Below are positions 29,602-39,443 of a stretch of 64,000 bases of DNA, in pieces. The stretch is taken from IMG/VR virus record IMGVR_UViG_3300025133_000023. One strand, written 5' to 3'. The notes below the pieces were generated by a model, which was given only the letters and a program-made list of their open reading frames with translations, did not search any database and was not told where the DNA came from. The translations under genes and the position numbers were made by a program. The DNA is from a virus. The number at the start of each line of letters is the position of its first letter. Position 1 is the first letter of the stretch.

Positions 29602-29983
29602 GGTGGGAGAAAGGAGGTAGCAACAATGGCCGCATTTGATGACTCTTCGTATCGCCGTGCTGCTTACAATGCGTTCTGCCCCCTGTGCTACACAAGGGTC
29701 AGAAAGAATGATCTCATCTGTCCACCCTACGGTGGTGGTAAGTGGGCACACTACTCGTGTGCGTTTGAGGTCAATCATGGACGACCGCCCCAGCCCCCCC
29801 GGAGGGAGAAAGAAGAAAACCATGACCAAACTGAGTAATCTACTCGAAACCTCAATCCCACCCCCGGAGGGGAATCAAACCCTCCCCGGAGGGGAGTACA
29901 ACCAGAACAACAACAACCATTCCTACTACTACTCTACTACTACTATAACCACAACTAACAATACCCTTAGAAAGGGAAAACAA

Positions 29984-30481
29984 ATGAGCGTTTTCGCAAC
30001 CATGACTGCATGTGCAGTCGGTACCACTGTCACTGTCGGTCTGATTAAGACCGTCAAGGACCTCATCGTCCACCGCAAGGACCGCAAGCACGAGGCCTGG
30101 ACCTGGAAGAAGAAGCTGAAGAGCTTCGCCTGGAGCTTGGCGTCCCTGCCTCTCACCGTTCTCAGCACGCCCTGGGAGGTCTTCATCAACGACCTGGGCT
30201 GGGGCCACACCTACAGGGGTGTGTGGTACCATCGTGTCCTGGCTGCTGCTCTCGTGGGCATCATTGCCTTCTTCAAGCCCCTGTGCTTGGCGACGGCTTT
30301 GATGTTCTACGGCTGCACCGGCCTTTACACGTGGTTCAAGGAGTGGGAGAACGACTACCACAACTCCTACCGTAGGGTCGTTAGTGAGTTCAGCAAGGCT
30401 GAGCCTGCTGCCACGCCCAAGCCGTCCGGCATCCACCACGAGTGGAAGGTCGTCCCCCCGGAGGGAGCTGGTGCCGAGTAG
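29984..30481 (+). CDS. Membrane protein
   Basis: Codon-biased part begins at ATG 29984 (AGGG RBS); the upstream in-frame extension is low-complexity. Confidence 0.55.
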   Translation: MSVFATMTACAVGTTVTVGLIKTVKDLIVHRKDRKHEAWTWKKKLKSFAWSLASLPLTVLSTPWEVFINDLGWGHTYRGVWYHRVLAAALVGIIAFFKPLCLATALMFYGCTGLYTWFKEWENDYHNSYRRVVSEFSKAEPAATPKPSGIHHEWKVVPPEGAGAE

Positions 30482-30819
30482 GAACTACTGGAAGGCAAAG
30501 TATCGCGGAAGCGTCTGCATTCCCGGAGGGCATACGATTAACGGCGGTACGTTGATCTGTGTGTGGGGAGACCGGACAAACAAGCGATACGCATGCAAGC
30601 GCTGTGCGGAGAAGCATGACAAGAAGCAGAAGGTGGAGAAGAAGAAGCAGGACCCGCAAGGCTCCCTCTTCTAGACTCCCCACTCAACGTTAACCTTAAC
30701 TCCCTGTATGGGGACCTTAGTACACTGGTTAAGATTGAGGTTCGAGTTGTCTTCCCATACACAGCAATGTGTATTCAGATGCTTGAATCGACGTTTTTGC
30801 TAGTGTGTTGAGGTCCCCC

Positions 30820-31260
30820 TATAGGGAAGAAAGGAGGTGTGAGCTTGGGTATACGAACCCAAGCGAGGAGAATGCCAGCACCCTAGGGGAAGGGGCTGGT
30901 TTGGGATTGTGAAGGTGTGAAGTTAGCGGAGTTTGGCCTAAACTCCGCGTAGTGACACCCAATCAACCTACCTGTCATTTGCAAGGGAATCTGCCCCATG
31001 TAGCATAGCTCTCTATGTGGGACAAGTTGTACTATATGCTGACGCTGTGCCTTGCAAGGCTATGACACCCCACTATGAGCTTTCTGCAATCTCCCTTCAA
31101 CAGCTATGCTGATTACCCCCCTGGCAACAGGGGGCACCATGGGAGCAACCCTACTAGCAAGGGTTTAATGTGCGGCGTTCAACTCCGCTTCAACAATCCT
31201 CAATCAAAGAGGGAGACAAGCATGATGCTGTTGTTGGGGAGTAAGATGAGAGGGTGAGTC
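30820..31260 (+). ncRNA. Candidate large structured RNA
   Basis: Many consecutive hairpins, e.g. CTTGGGT/ACCCAAG, GCGGAGTTT/AAACTCCGC, CCCCCTG-GCAA-CAGGGGG. Confidence 0.35.
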
Positions 31261-31280
31261 TTTGTGGGGGACAGACCCTT

Positions 31281-31348
31281 AAATCAACCCTACCCCCATT
31301 AAACGAACCCTACCTCCATCTAAACACGAACCCTACCTCCATCTAAAC
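31281..31348 (+). repeat. Three direct repeats, AACCCTACCYCCAT core (two exact 23-mers)
   Basis: ACGAACCCTACCTCCATCTAAAC at 31303 and 31326 plus a degenerate copy at about 31285. Confidence 0.75.
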
Positions 31349-31706
31349 TACTCTTCGAGCTCTTAACCCTATTCATATTCAAGGGGAGAGACTCTGATAA
31401 GGTTAACTAACTCTACTAGGGTCATACCCATAGGGAGTATGGTAATGACAAAGGGGATAAGCGTTCGGGTCTGATGACACCTCACTCACTAAGCCTAACC
31501 AACCTCACCTCCTACCTATCTTTCCATCTTCACCACTAACAAGGGCTAGCATCCTAACCAACAACAACGCCTGTCTTACTTCACCAACACTCAACCTAGG
31601 GTACATACCCAAACTACCCACTAACCTCTCCCTTTTACGGTACTAGGCACAAGGTTCAAGTGTCCAAAGAAGAGAGCTTTTTTGTTGTGAAACCTGTTAA
31701 TCACCC

Positions 31707-31725
31707 TGATTCTTGAAAGGAATCA
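31707..31725 (+). promoter_or_regulatory. TTGAARG-loop hairpin over the SD, copy 4
   Basis: TGATTC-TTGAAAG-GAATCA, ATG at 31735. Confidence 0.65.
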
Positions 31726-31734
31726 ATACCAATC

Positions 31735-32175
31735 ATGGATAGCACCAAGTCCAACCTTCCTGATCGCGAATTCACCCTTCACGAGCAGTCCCGCCTCGCC
31801 CGCTTCACCCGCATCCTCACCGTCATGACCATGGCTCGCAAGTATGAGGCCATGCTCAAGGTCAACCTCATCGACGACCCGTTCAACATGAATCAGGTTC
31901 AGAAAGGCATGCTCGACAAGGTGGTGGGAATAGAGGTGGAGGCGTTCCTTCAGCGCCACATCTGCGTACCCAAGGGCAAGAGCGGCAGCAAGCCCTGTCG
32001 GGCGACCTGGACCAAGAACATCAGCGTGGGAGTGGACGACGCCTGGGTCGGCTTCGAGAACGGTCTCATCACCTGGGGTGAGTTCCTCAACCAGTACATC
32101 TTCGACTTCAACGAGCGCTTCAGCGGCTTCCTCAAGTACTGGGACATGAGCGCTGCTCGCAACCTGTTCGCCTAG
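31735..32175 (+). CDS. Hypothetical protein
   Basis: 146 aa; codon bias. Confidence 0.65.
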   Translation: MDSTKSNLPDREFTLHEQSRLARFTRILTVMTMARKYEAMLKVNLIDDPFNMNQVQKGMLDKVVGIEVEAFLQRHICVPKGKSGSKPCRATWTKNISVGVDDAWVGFENGLITWGEFLNQYIFDFNERFSGFLKYWDMSAARNLFA

Positions 32176-32262
32176 GCTCAACTAGGCTCAACCAACAACA
32201 ACTTCAGGTGGCTCCTTAGCACAATACGTGTTAGGGGGCCATACCTGTGTAATGGAGAGACA

Positions 32263-32865
32263 ATGGAATCCCTTCCTGGCTATGATAACTGGAAGCTCGC
32301 GACTCCTCCTGAGTACGAGTTCGACAACGAGTACCCTCACGACTGCGCCCCTCACGGTGAGCCCTGTCCCACCTGTCAAAACATCGAGATGGAAATGCTC
32401 GAAGCCATGCCCGAAGACAAGAGCGAATGCCCTCACTGCGATCAGCTCCCCTGTACGGGACTCAACATCCGTACTAAGACCAACATCAATCACGAGGACA
32501 CGTGCAACAAGTGGGTTCCTCACTGCGACTGCAACAAGATCTACGTCGATAAGTGGGTAGGAACTGTGCCCGAGTGCCAGCTCATGTGGGGTGGCCACTG
32601 CTACGGGGTCAAGCTCGACAACAACCAGAAATGCAGCTGCATTCCCGACATCACCCACTACTACACCATGCCCAACGGCAAGGGGTTCCACATCTATCAG
32701 GTGTGGTATCCCTGCAGTGGCAGCATCTGGAAGTGCAAGTGTGGCCATGAAGACCACACCGGGGACACTGAGTGGGACAAGCACATCTGCACGCTCCGTA
32801 AGATGATCAAGACTTCTGCCAACACCTGGGTCAACGAGAACGACCCCACCGACATCCCCTTCTAG
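32263..32865 (+). CDS. Cys/His-rich protein ending in DIPF
   Basis: Multiple CxxC/CxC motifs; C-terminus NENDPTDIPF. Confidence 0.65.
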   Translation: MESLPGYDNWKLATPPEYEFDNEYPHDCAPHGEPCPTCQNIEMEMLEAMPEDKSECPHCDQLPCTGLNIRTKTNINHEDTCNKWVPHCDCNKIYVDKWVGTVPECQLMWGGHCYGVKLDNNQKCSCIPDITHYYTMPNGKGFHIYQVWYPCSGSIWKCKCGHEDHTGDTEWDKHICTLRKMIKTSANTWVNENDPTDIPF

Positions 32866-32874
32866 GAGAACACC

Positions 32875-33129
32875 ATGCAACTCACCATCACCTTCGACCC
32901 CTACGATGACCAACAGATTCACACTGCTCGTCAAATCGTCAACAAAGCCCACTACGGGTCCAATACCCGAAGGATGAATAAAATCGAACTGATCAAAGCA
33001 ATCCGCGCCGGTACTGAAGTCATCCGCAAACAAGACAAGGAAAGTGATACCAACTTCCCTGTATTTCCCACTCAGCTGGGACTCAAGGAAGCCAAGCGAC
33101 TGGCTGACATCATGTGGGAACAGCTTTAG
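32875..33129 (+). CDS. Hypothetical protein
   Basis: AGGAG RBS. Confidence 0.55.
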   Translation: MQLTITFDPYDDQQIHTARQIVNKAHYGSNTRRMNKIELIKAIRAGTEVIRKQDKESDTNFPVFPTQLGLKEAKRLADIMWEQL

Positions 33130-33171
33130 TGTCAGTTCCAAGCTAAACCTTACATCCACGGGAGCACCTAG

Positions 33172-33630
33172 ATGATCATCTACAAGGAAGGCGACCTGAC
33201 CAAGTCAGGAGCTAACGTACTTATTCACGGCTGCAACTGCTACCACACTATGGGAAGCGGAGTAGCCCAAGCCTTACGAGCAGCATGGCCAAGGTGCTAC
33301 ACCGTCGACGTCATGACCACCAAGATTGCTGATGGCAGTAAGTTGGGCAACTGGTCCTGCTCCGGTGAAGCCACCGCTGAAGAGCCTCTCATTATCAATC
33401 TCTACACCCAGTACAACTACGGGACCCATCAGCGCCAGCTCAACTATGAGGCTGTCGCAACCGGCATGCTTCACATAGCTCGTCGTCTAGAAGAGCTCGA
33501 CCCCGACATGAATTGGCGTATAGCCATGCCTCGCATCGGAGCTGGCCTGGCAGGCGGAGACTGGGATATCATCGAGATGATGATCAACAAGGCCTTCGGT
33601 GATCGTGAAGTGGAAGTGTGGGTTCTTTGA
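33172..33630 (+). CDS. Macro domain (ADP-ribose binding/hydrolase) protein
   Basis: GDL..HGCNC..MGSGVA..INLYTQ..MPRIGAGLAGGDW. Confidence 0.9.
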   Translation: MIIYKEGDLTKSGANVLIHGCNCYHTMGSGVAQALRAAWPRCYTVDVMTTKIADGSKLGNWSCSGEATAEEPLIINLYTQYNYGTHQRQLNYEAVATGMLHIARRLEELDPDMNWRIAMPRIGAGLAGGDWDIIEMMINKAFGDREVEVWVL

Positions 33631-33741
33631 TGTCAAATTTCCGAATCCGAAAACACATGAAGAGTGTTGCCAAAGGCATGATTGAAGTAGTTCTATTCAC
33701 CATCGTTCTGGCAGCAATCCACCTTGACCCAAGCCTGAGGA

Positions 33742-34116
33742 TTGACCTCACCCCTCGATAGGAGTCAACTCATGCTTCAAGCCATTAAGGACCTAGCTTC
33801 ACCCTGGAACTTTGAGTTGGGATGCAAGTCTCTCCTTATCCTCAACTTCCTTGACGCCATCTTCACCCTCATTTGGGCACTTACCGGAGCCTTAGTAGAA
33901 GCCAATCCCGTAATGGCGGCAGCTATTGCAACAGGACCAGGCTTCTTCATCTGGACCAAGGTGATTCTGGTCTGTCTGGGAATCTGGTTGCTATGGAGAC
34001 AACGCCATCGTTTGTGGGTACGAGTCGTCATGGTTCCTGTTTTGCTTCTCTACACCTTTATTGTGGCAGGACACCTTGGGGCTTTCCTCTTTGTCTACTG
34101 GCCCATTTTCTTCTAG
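33742..34116 (+). CDS. DUF5658-like membrane protein
   Basis: LNFLDAIFT..EANPVM signature, 3-4 TM segments. Confidence 0.6.
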   Translation: MTSPLDRSQLMLQAIKDLASPWNFELGCKSLLILNFLDAIFTLIWALTGALVEANPVMAAAIATGPGFFIWTKVILVCLGIWLLWRQRHRLWVRVVMVPVLLLYTFIVAGHLGAFLFVYWPIFF

Positions 34117-34126
34117 GAACCTAACA

Positions 34127-34333
34127 ATGACCAACAAAGAACTATGTGATGCAATCGCATCACACTATTCCACTATTTTTGGGCCCACCCGTACTGATGT
34201 ACTCGATGCCCTAGACAAACTCATCGACTCCGAAGAGTCTGCCTGGAAACAGCTGGAAGAGCTCAAGGACAACGACAAGTCCATGCAAGAACCTCGCGAC
34301 CTCAACACCACCCTCAAGATACTAGACAACTAG
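34127..34333 (+). CDS. Small hypothetical protein
   Basis: AGGA RBS plus ATG. Confidence 0.5.
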   Translation: MTNKELCDAIASHYSTIFGPTRTDVLDALDKLIDSEESAWKQLEELKDNDKSMQEPRDLNTTLKILDN

Positions 34334-34336
34334 ACA

Positions 34337-34918
34337 ATGACCCGTACCACAGTAGCCATTGTAGGCACCGCAGGACGTCTAAAAGACCTCCGAAACCTCA
34401 ACTATGACATATACTTCCGAATGGTCAAAAAAGCTAGAGGAGTCATCACAGAGCTGTGGAAGCTCAAGTGGAACAATGTTCAGCTCGTCAGTGGTGGAGC
34501 AGCCTGGGCAGACCATGTCGCCGTTAGTCTGTTCCTCATGTACCAGCCCAAGGTGGAACTCCAACTCTACCTTCCCTGTGAATGGGATGGAGAAGCCCGC
34601 ACCTTCGTGGACGATGGAACCCGTAACTGGCGTACCAACCCCGGAGGAACTGCCAACTCCTACCATCGACGCTTTTCTGACCGTATGGGGAAGGAAACTC
34701 TTCACGGCATCGACTCTGCTTTCAATCTAGGAGCAACCAAGCAAGTCATCCCCGGCTTCAAGGCCCGCAATGCTGGGCCCGCAAGCAGTGACTACCTCCT
34801 AGCCTTCACTTGGGGAGAGGGTGACGTTCCCAAAGATGGTGGCACCAAAGATACTTGGGACAAAGCCCATCAATTCGAAGGCACAAGGCTTCACATCCCA
34901 CTTATTTCTTTGAAGTGA
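34337..34918 (+). CDS. SLOG-superfamily (YspA/DprA-like fold) protein
   Basis: VAIVGTAGR, VSGGAAWAD, RN..SDYLLAF, GGTKDT. Confidence 0.65.
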   Translation: MTRTTVAIVGTAGRLKDLRNLNYDIYFRMVKKARGVITELWKLKWNNVQLVSGGAAWADHVAVSLFLMYQPKVELQLYLPCEWDGEARTFVDDGTRNWRTNPGGTANSYHRRFSDRMGKETLHGIDSAFNLGATKQVIPGFKARNAGPASSDYLLAFTWGEGDVPKDGGTKDTWDKAHQFEGTRLHIPLISLK

Positions 34919-35201
34919 AATGAGGGGGAAAGGAAACGCTGCTTGAAAGTGCGTCTTAGTCTGTAAAACTATAACGCGCGCGCGGTCTTCTAATCCTATC
35001 ATACCGTTCTCGCTGTAAAGGCTAAGAAATACTGCGTATTTCTCCCCGTCTTCGACGGCTTCGGCCTTGACAGCTCCGCTGCGGTATGCAAAAAGAATCC
35101 CACACGCTCACGAAGCGTAACTAGCTAGCCTAACAGCACCAGGCTTAGCTACATCAATCGTCTAGGTGCTAAACTTCTGCAATCCCGCGCAGAGGAGAAA
35201 C

Positions 35202-38183
35202 ATGTCCCGTAAAATTCAATCTTCTACTATCTTCCTCAACCACAAGGGCTACATCAAGAGCGAGCTGCGACACGCGGCGGCGGCTCTCTACCTCGCCATC
35301 AAGCTCGCTCGTACCGCCGACGATACCCTCGTCCATCGGTTCGCTGTCCGTATGGGCAAGCAGGCGTCATGGCGCAAGCGCATCATGGCCTTCTGTGAAG
35401 AGGCTGAGCGAACGAACAATCTCGCTACCGAGCAGCGCAAGGACAACGCAGAAGTCGTTCACGACCTGAGCGACTTGGACAAGCTGTTCCTGAATACCAT
35501 CGGCTACGACGACAGCGCAGGCATCGACCCGGCTGGCCCCACCAGCGATACTCCCTACACCGAAGGCGTCACCGGTGGCTTCAGCCTTCACGGTGCTGGC
35601 AAGGCCTACCTGCGTCTGGCCCTCAAGGGCTGTGGTGAATGCAAGGGCGTCTACATGCGACGGTCGGGCAAGGTCATCCACATGACCAAGTGCGTAAACG
35701 ATGTCGAAGACTTCGAGCCTGAGTGGTTCGAGAACCCCAAGCTCACCGAGCAGGATGGTCGCTACATCCAGCTCAACAACGACATGAGCATCATGGCCAT
35801 CCTCCCCCAGGAAGAGGTCGAAATGCTCGGAGACCGGCAGGACAACGGCCAGCCGTGCAACGACGACAAGCACATCGAGATCAAGCTCGACAACGGGCAC
35901 ATCCGCTACATGGTGAAGCGTGTCCGCAAGGGCGAAGAAGTGCTGGAAGCCTGTCCCAAGTGCAGGGGCACCAACACGACCTTCCCCAAGTGCCGCATGT
36001 GCGACGGCAGCAACGTCATCAACTACATGGAAGTCGTCACCACCCAGGTGTGGGACCCCAGCGAAGGCAAGGATGTCGACCTGTTCGAATCCAAGCTGAT
36101 CGACTCCCACCAGTGCCCCGCCTGCGCTGGCGATGTCGGGCGTAACGTCAACATCACGGGAACCAGCAGCGATGCCAACCGCGACCACCAGCAGCGAATG
36201 CTCAACCAGATTCGCCAGGATGCTGAGTTCGTAGAACTCGGTGAAGACTTCATCGCCTTCGCCAGCTCCATCATCAACGTCATCAAGGCGGGTCGGCTCC
36301 AGCACAAGAACAACACCAAGCTACGCCGACGTACCTACCTCCTGAGCCTCCGCAGGAAGCAGGGCGGCCTCAACACCCAGGAGGCTCTGGAGCTGGAAGG
36401 GCTCAAGGAAGTCAAGTACTTCGATGACCTCGATGCCTGGCGTGCGCTCATTCTCGAAGAAATCACCATCGGAAACCTACAGCTGGACTGGCTGTGGGTT
36501 CTCGATGGCAAGCCCCATCCTGCGACCAACTCCTCCAAGCTTCAGGCCATGAACCGCATTCTCCAGTGGTGCCTCAACCCCACGGGCGGAAGCGTAGCTG
36601 GCACCATCGGTCGCTCCCACGACGAACTCACCCTCATGCTGCCCGAGCACGCCGACGTGGGCGACAGCTGGGGTCCCTACCTCCTGCAGCGAGAGCTGGG
36701 CGATGCCGAACTCATGGAACATACGGTCAATGACGACCTCATGCACTCCATGGACGTGTACCCGCTCAACGAGCCGCCTCAGTTCAACGTCATTCAGGAC
36801 GATGTCCGTGGCTACAATCCCGGTCGAAACCTGAGCGAACGAGCTGCTACCAATGCCGAAACCAACATGATCGAGGAGCTGGTGCTGCCTGTCATCACCA
36901 ACCCCAAGGCCACCTACGAAGACTACTTCAACGTGATCAAGGGGCTTCGTGGCGATCGTCGTCCTCGTCGCATCACCGTGGGTGACTTCCTGGGCGACAA
37001 TCCCGAGTTCGTTAAGCAGCCCAAGGACATGGCTTTCCTCGAAGAGCCCATGTACCGCGCCTATGCAAAAGGCCAGCGGGTCAGCGGCTTCTTCCTCGAA
37101 AACTTCGGCTTCCTCCAGCTGCGACTGGTTCCCAATCCCGAAGATGTGCAAGAAATCAAAGACTGGGGCACCGCCAACATCGCCAACACCCACACTCGTG
37201 CCAAATGGGTTCGTGGTGAAATCAACAAGCTGCCCACCAAGTGGAGCACCAAGCTGCACAAGCACGTCACCGGAGTCGACGGCATCAGCTGCTGGAAGTC
37301 GGCTAACATCAGCGAGGGAGGCATCACCAATGCCTTCGCCCTGCTGGGTGCTGCCATGCTGAAGCGGAAGATCGTCAAGGAGACGATGGCCAAGCGTAAG
37401 CACGCCGGAACGGCTGCTTTGCGTGCTGCTGGTCAGGAAGAGCGGGCCAACACCTACAACATCATGGCTATGTGCTACCAGTGGGTGCCGCCCAACGCGA
37501 CCAAGCTTCCCGACCTCGCCTACTTCAAGTGGGAAGCCGGTGGACTCATGAGCCGAAACTGGGAGAGTGTGCCCAGCCGCATCACCCAAGGCGCCATCAA
37601 CACCTTCACCAAGGACTGGTGCCAGGAGAACAAGGTCGAGTGGACCTCGTGGAAGGAGCCTCGTGGTCGATACTCCGTCACCCATGTGGTACCCGTCGAC
37701 AGCAAGTACGGCGATGCTCTCGACAAGGCCATGTCGGCCTGGATGGACAAGGTGGAACAGCAGCGCCTCACGGCTCTGGACCAGTTCACCGAGCGCATGG
37801 CAATCATGGCCGATCGCTGGCGACCGGTCGTCACCCAGTGGATGCAGGAGCGCAACAACGTCAAGGCTCAGCTCAAGAGCTGGAACTCCGAAGGTACCAC
37901 CATGGGACTTCGGGGAGACTTCGATGTCCTCTTCAACAACCCTCACGTTGGGCCTCGTGTCTACGGGGAAAGCAACCACACCATCCAGTACGAAAACAAC
38001 ATGCCCTCCAAAGACAAGGGCATCAACAAGGGTGAGCTGGGTCAGCTGATGGGAGAGATGATCGCTAATGCGTTCATCGACCTCCTCTCCGACACCATGC
38101 CCATCAACATCGACGCCGTGCCCTGGTCAGCCGTCAAGGACTCTACTGAATCCAAGCCCGGCTGCATCATCGTCTACGGATAG
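35202..38183 (+). CDS. Large hypothetical protein with DnaJ-like Cys repeats
   Basis: About 990 aa; CGECKG, CPKCRG, CRMCDG, CPACAG; GAGGAG RBS. Confidence 0.65.
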   Translation: MSRKIQSSTIFLNHKGYIKSELRHAAAALYLAIKLARTADDTLVHRFAVRMGKQASWRKRIMAFCEEAERTNNLATEQRKDNAEVVHDLSDLDKLFLNTIGYDDSAGIDPAGPTSDTPYTEGVTGGFSLHGAGKAYLRLALKGCGECKGVYMRRSGKVIHMTKCVNDVEDFEPEWFENPKLTEQDGRYIQLNNDMSIMAILPQEEVEMLGDRQDNGQPCNDDKHIEIKLDNGHIRYMVKRVRKGEEVLEACPKCRGTNTTFPKCRMCDGSNVINYMEVVTTQVWDPSEGKDVDLFESKLIDSHQCPACAGDVGRNVNITGTSSDANRDHQQRMLNQIRQDAEFVELGEDFIAFASSIINVIKAGRLQHKNNTKLRRRTYLLSLRRKQGGLNTQEALELEGLKEVKYFDDLDAWRALILEEITIGNLQLDWLWVLDGKPHPATNSSKLQAMNRILQWCLNPTGGSVAGTIGRSHDELTLMLPEHADVGDSWGPYLLQRELGDAELMEHTVNDDLMHSMDVYPLNEPPQFNVIQDDVRGYNPGRNLSERAATNAETNMIEELVLPVITNPKATYEDYFNVIKGLRGDRRPRRITVGDFLGDNPEFVKQPKDMAFLEEPMYRAYAKGQRVSGFFLENFGFLQLRLVPNPEDVQEIKDWGTANIANTHTRAKWVRGEINKLPTKWSTKLHKHVTGVDGISCWKSANISEGGITNAFALLGAAMLKRKIVKETMAKRKHAGTAALRAAGQEERANTYNIMAMCYQWVPPNATKLPDLAYFKWEAGGLMSRNWESVPSRITQGAINTFTKDWCQENKVEWTSWKEPRGRYSVTHVVPVDSKYGDALDKAMSAWMDKVEQQRLTALDQFTERMAIMADRWRPVVTQWMQERNNVKAQLKSWNSEGTTMGLRGDFDVLFNNPHVGPRVYGESNHTIQYENNMPSKDKGINKGELGQLMGEMIANAFIDLLSDTMPINIDAVPWSAVKDSTESKPGCIIVYG

Positions 38184-38219
38184 GGGTCTCCTCGACTTCG
38201 TTGTTAGATGAAAAAGAAG

Positions 38220-38380
38220 TAGACGTTCGGAAGCCTCAGGGCTGTCCGAACTAGCGAGCACCGGCGAAACAAGGTGCACATACGGGAGCGCTTGCAAAGA
38301 GCGCAATAGAGCCTTTGATAGCGGGACACTTCAAGGCTCGGGGCTGGCTCCAGGGGAATTCAATCTCCCCTGGGGCCTTA
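38220..38380 (+). ncRNA. Candidate multi-hairpin RNA
   Basis: TTCGGA/TCCGAA, GCACC/GGTGC, GCGCT/AGCGC, GAGCCTT/AAGGCTC, CCAGGGGA/TCCCCTGG. Confidence 0.45.
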
Positions 38381-38421
38381 GCTCATTAAGATAATTGTCT
38401 CAGTAATTAAGGGAATCCATC

Positions 38422-38637
38422 ATGAAGCGCAACGGACAGGGCAACGGCAAGACCAAGGGACGTCGCAAGCGTGGGAGTAAGAAGCGAAAGCTCATGCGAG
38501 CCATTCGCCTGGGACTTCGTCTTCGCACCGGCAAGGGTAGCCTGAACAAGTTCAACTCCGAGAAGTACCACAGCGGGACCAATGAAGCTACCCGACGAGC
38601 ATTGGCAGCGGCACGAGCACGCGCCACGAAGAAGTAA
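38422..38637 (+). CDS. Very basic small protein
   Basis: 71 aa, Arg/Lys-rich; AAGGGA RBS. Confidence 0.55.
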   Translation: MKRNGQGNGKTKGRRKRGSKKRKLMRAIRLGLRLRTGKGSLNKFNSEKYHSGTNEATRRALAAARARATKK

Positions 38638-38789
38638 CATGGTACCTGCCGTGGTTACTCTCCCTCCGACCTACTTCTTTTTTATTGAAAAACTGGTAAG
38701 GAGATTGTGGGGTTACACCTCATGAGCTTCCTCTTCCTGATCACCATTCTCGCGCTCGCAAATAGTCGAGCAATTCGGAGTCCCTAACA

Positions 38790-39347
38790 ATGAAGTCCCT
38801 TCGCTCCAAGCCCAAGACCACTTTCCGTCTGGGCGACGTGCTTCTCGACCAGTTCTCCTTCCGAGGAGGCAAGTCCATGGTCGTCACCATGCCCGATGGC
38901 AGCACCCGCACGGACAAGGCGGTTATCATCCGTCCGCAGTCCCTCAAAGGTCAAACCAAGGTCGCCATTCGATCTCACAACTATGCCCTGGTGCAGGAGA
39001 AGCGTCACAACGCCAAGCTCCTCAAGGGCATGGCAAGTTCCATCTACAACAAGCTGGCCAAGGTCGGCTGGTGGCGACGTGAAGAGCGTGAGCGTGACAA
39101 CCTCATCAAGGCCGAGGGCTACCTCAGCTGGAGCGAGGTGACCAAGGAAAGTGAACGCAATGCGTTCATCTCTCAGGCTCATGACAACGCAACTCGATGG
39201 AAGAAGAACCACAAGCTGTGGCCCCTCTTCCGCCAGTACAACGACTACATCGACGGTGCCTCCAAGCTCGATGGTGAGGCCAAGGTCCTCATCAGCAACC
39301 TCGGCAGCCCCAATCTCCTGAAGACGACGTTGGTCGTCACCCGCTAG
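38790..39347 (+). CDS. Hypothetical protein
   Basis: 185 aa; GGAG RBS. Confidence 0.6.
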   Translation: MKSLRSKPKTTFRLGDVLLDQFSFRGGKSMVVTMPDGSTRTDKAVIIRPQSLKGQTKVAIRSHNYALVQEKRHNAKLLKGMASSIYNKLAKVGWWRREERERDNLIKAEGYLSWSEVTKESERNAFISQAHDNATRWKKNHKLWPLFRQYNDYIDGASKLDGEAKVLISNLGSPNLLKTTLVVTR

Positions 39348-39443
39348 GGCAAACCCTAGACCCCATCCACCGACTCTCTTTTTTGAGGGTTAAATCGTTT
39401 GTCACGTACGAAACGTGAAACCAAGAAAAGGAACCAATTTCTC

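Noticed and set aside
34930-34952. Additional TTGAAAG hairpin copy
   Set aside because: The loop is present but the flanks do not pair and no ATG follows
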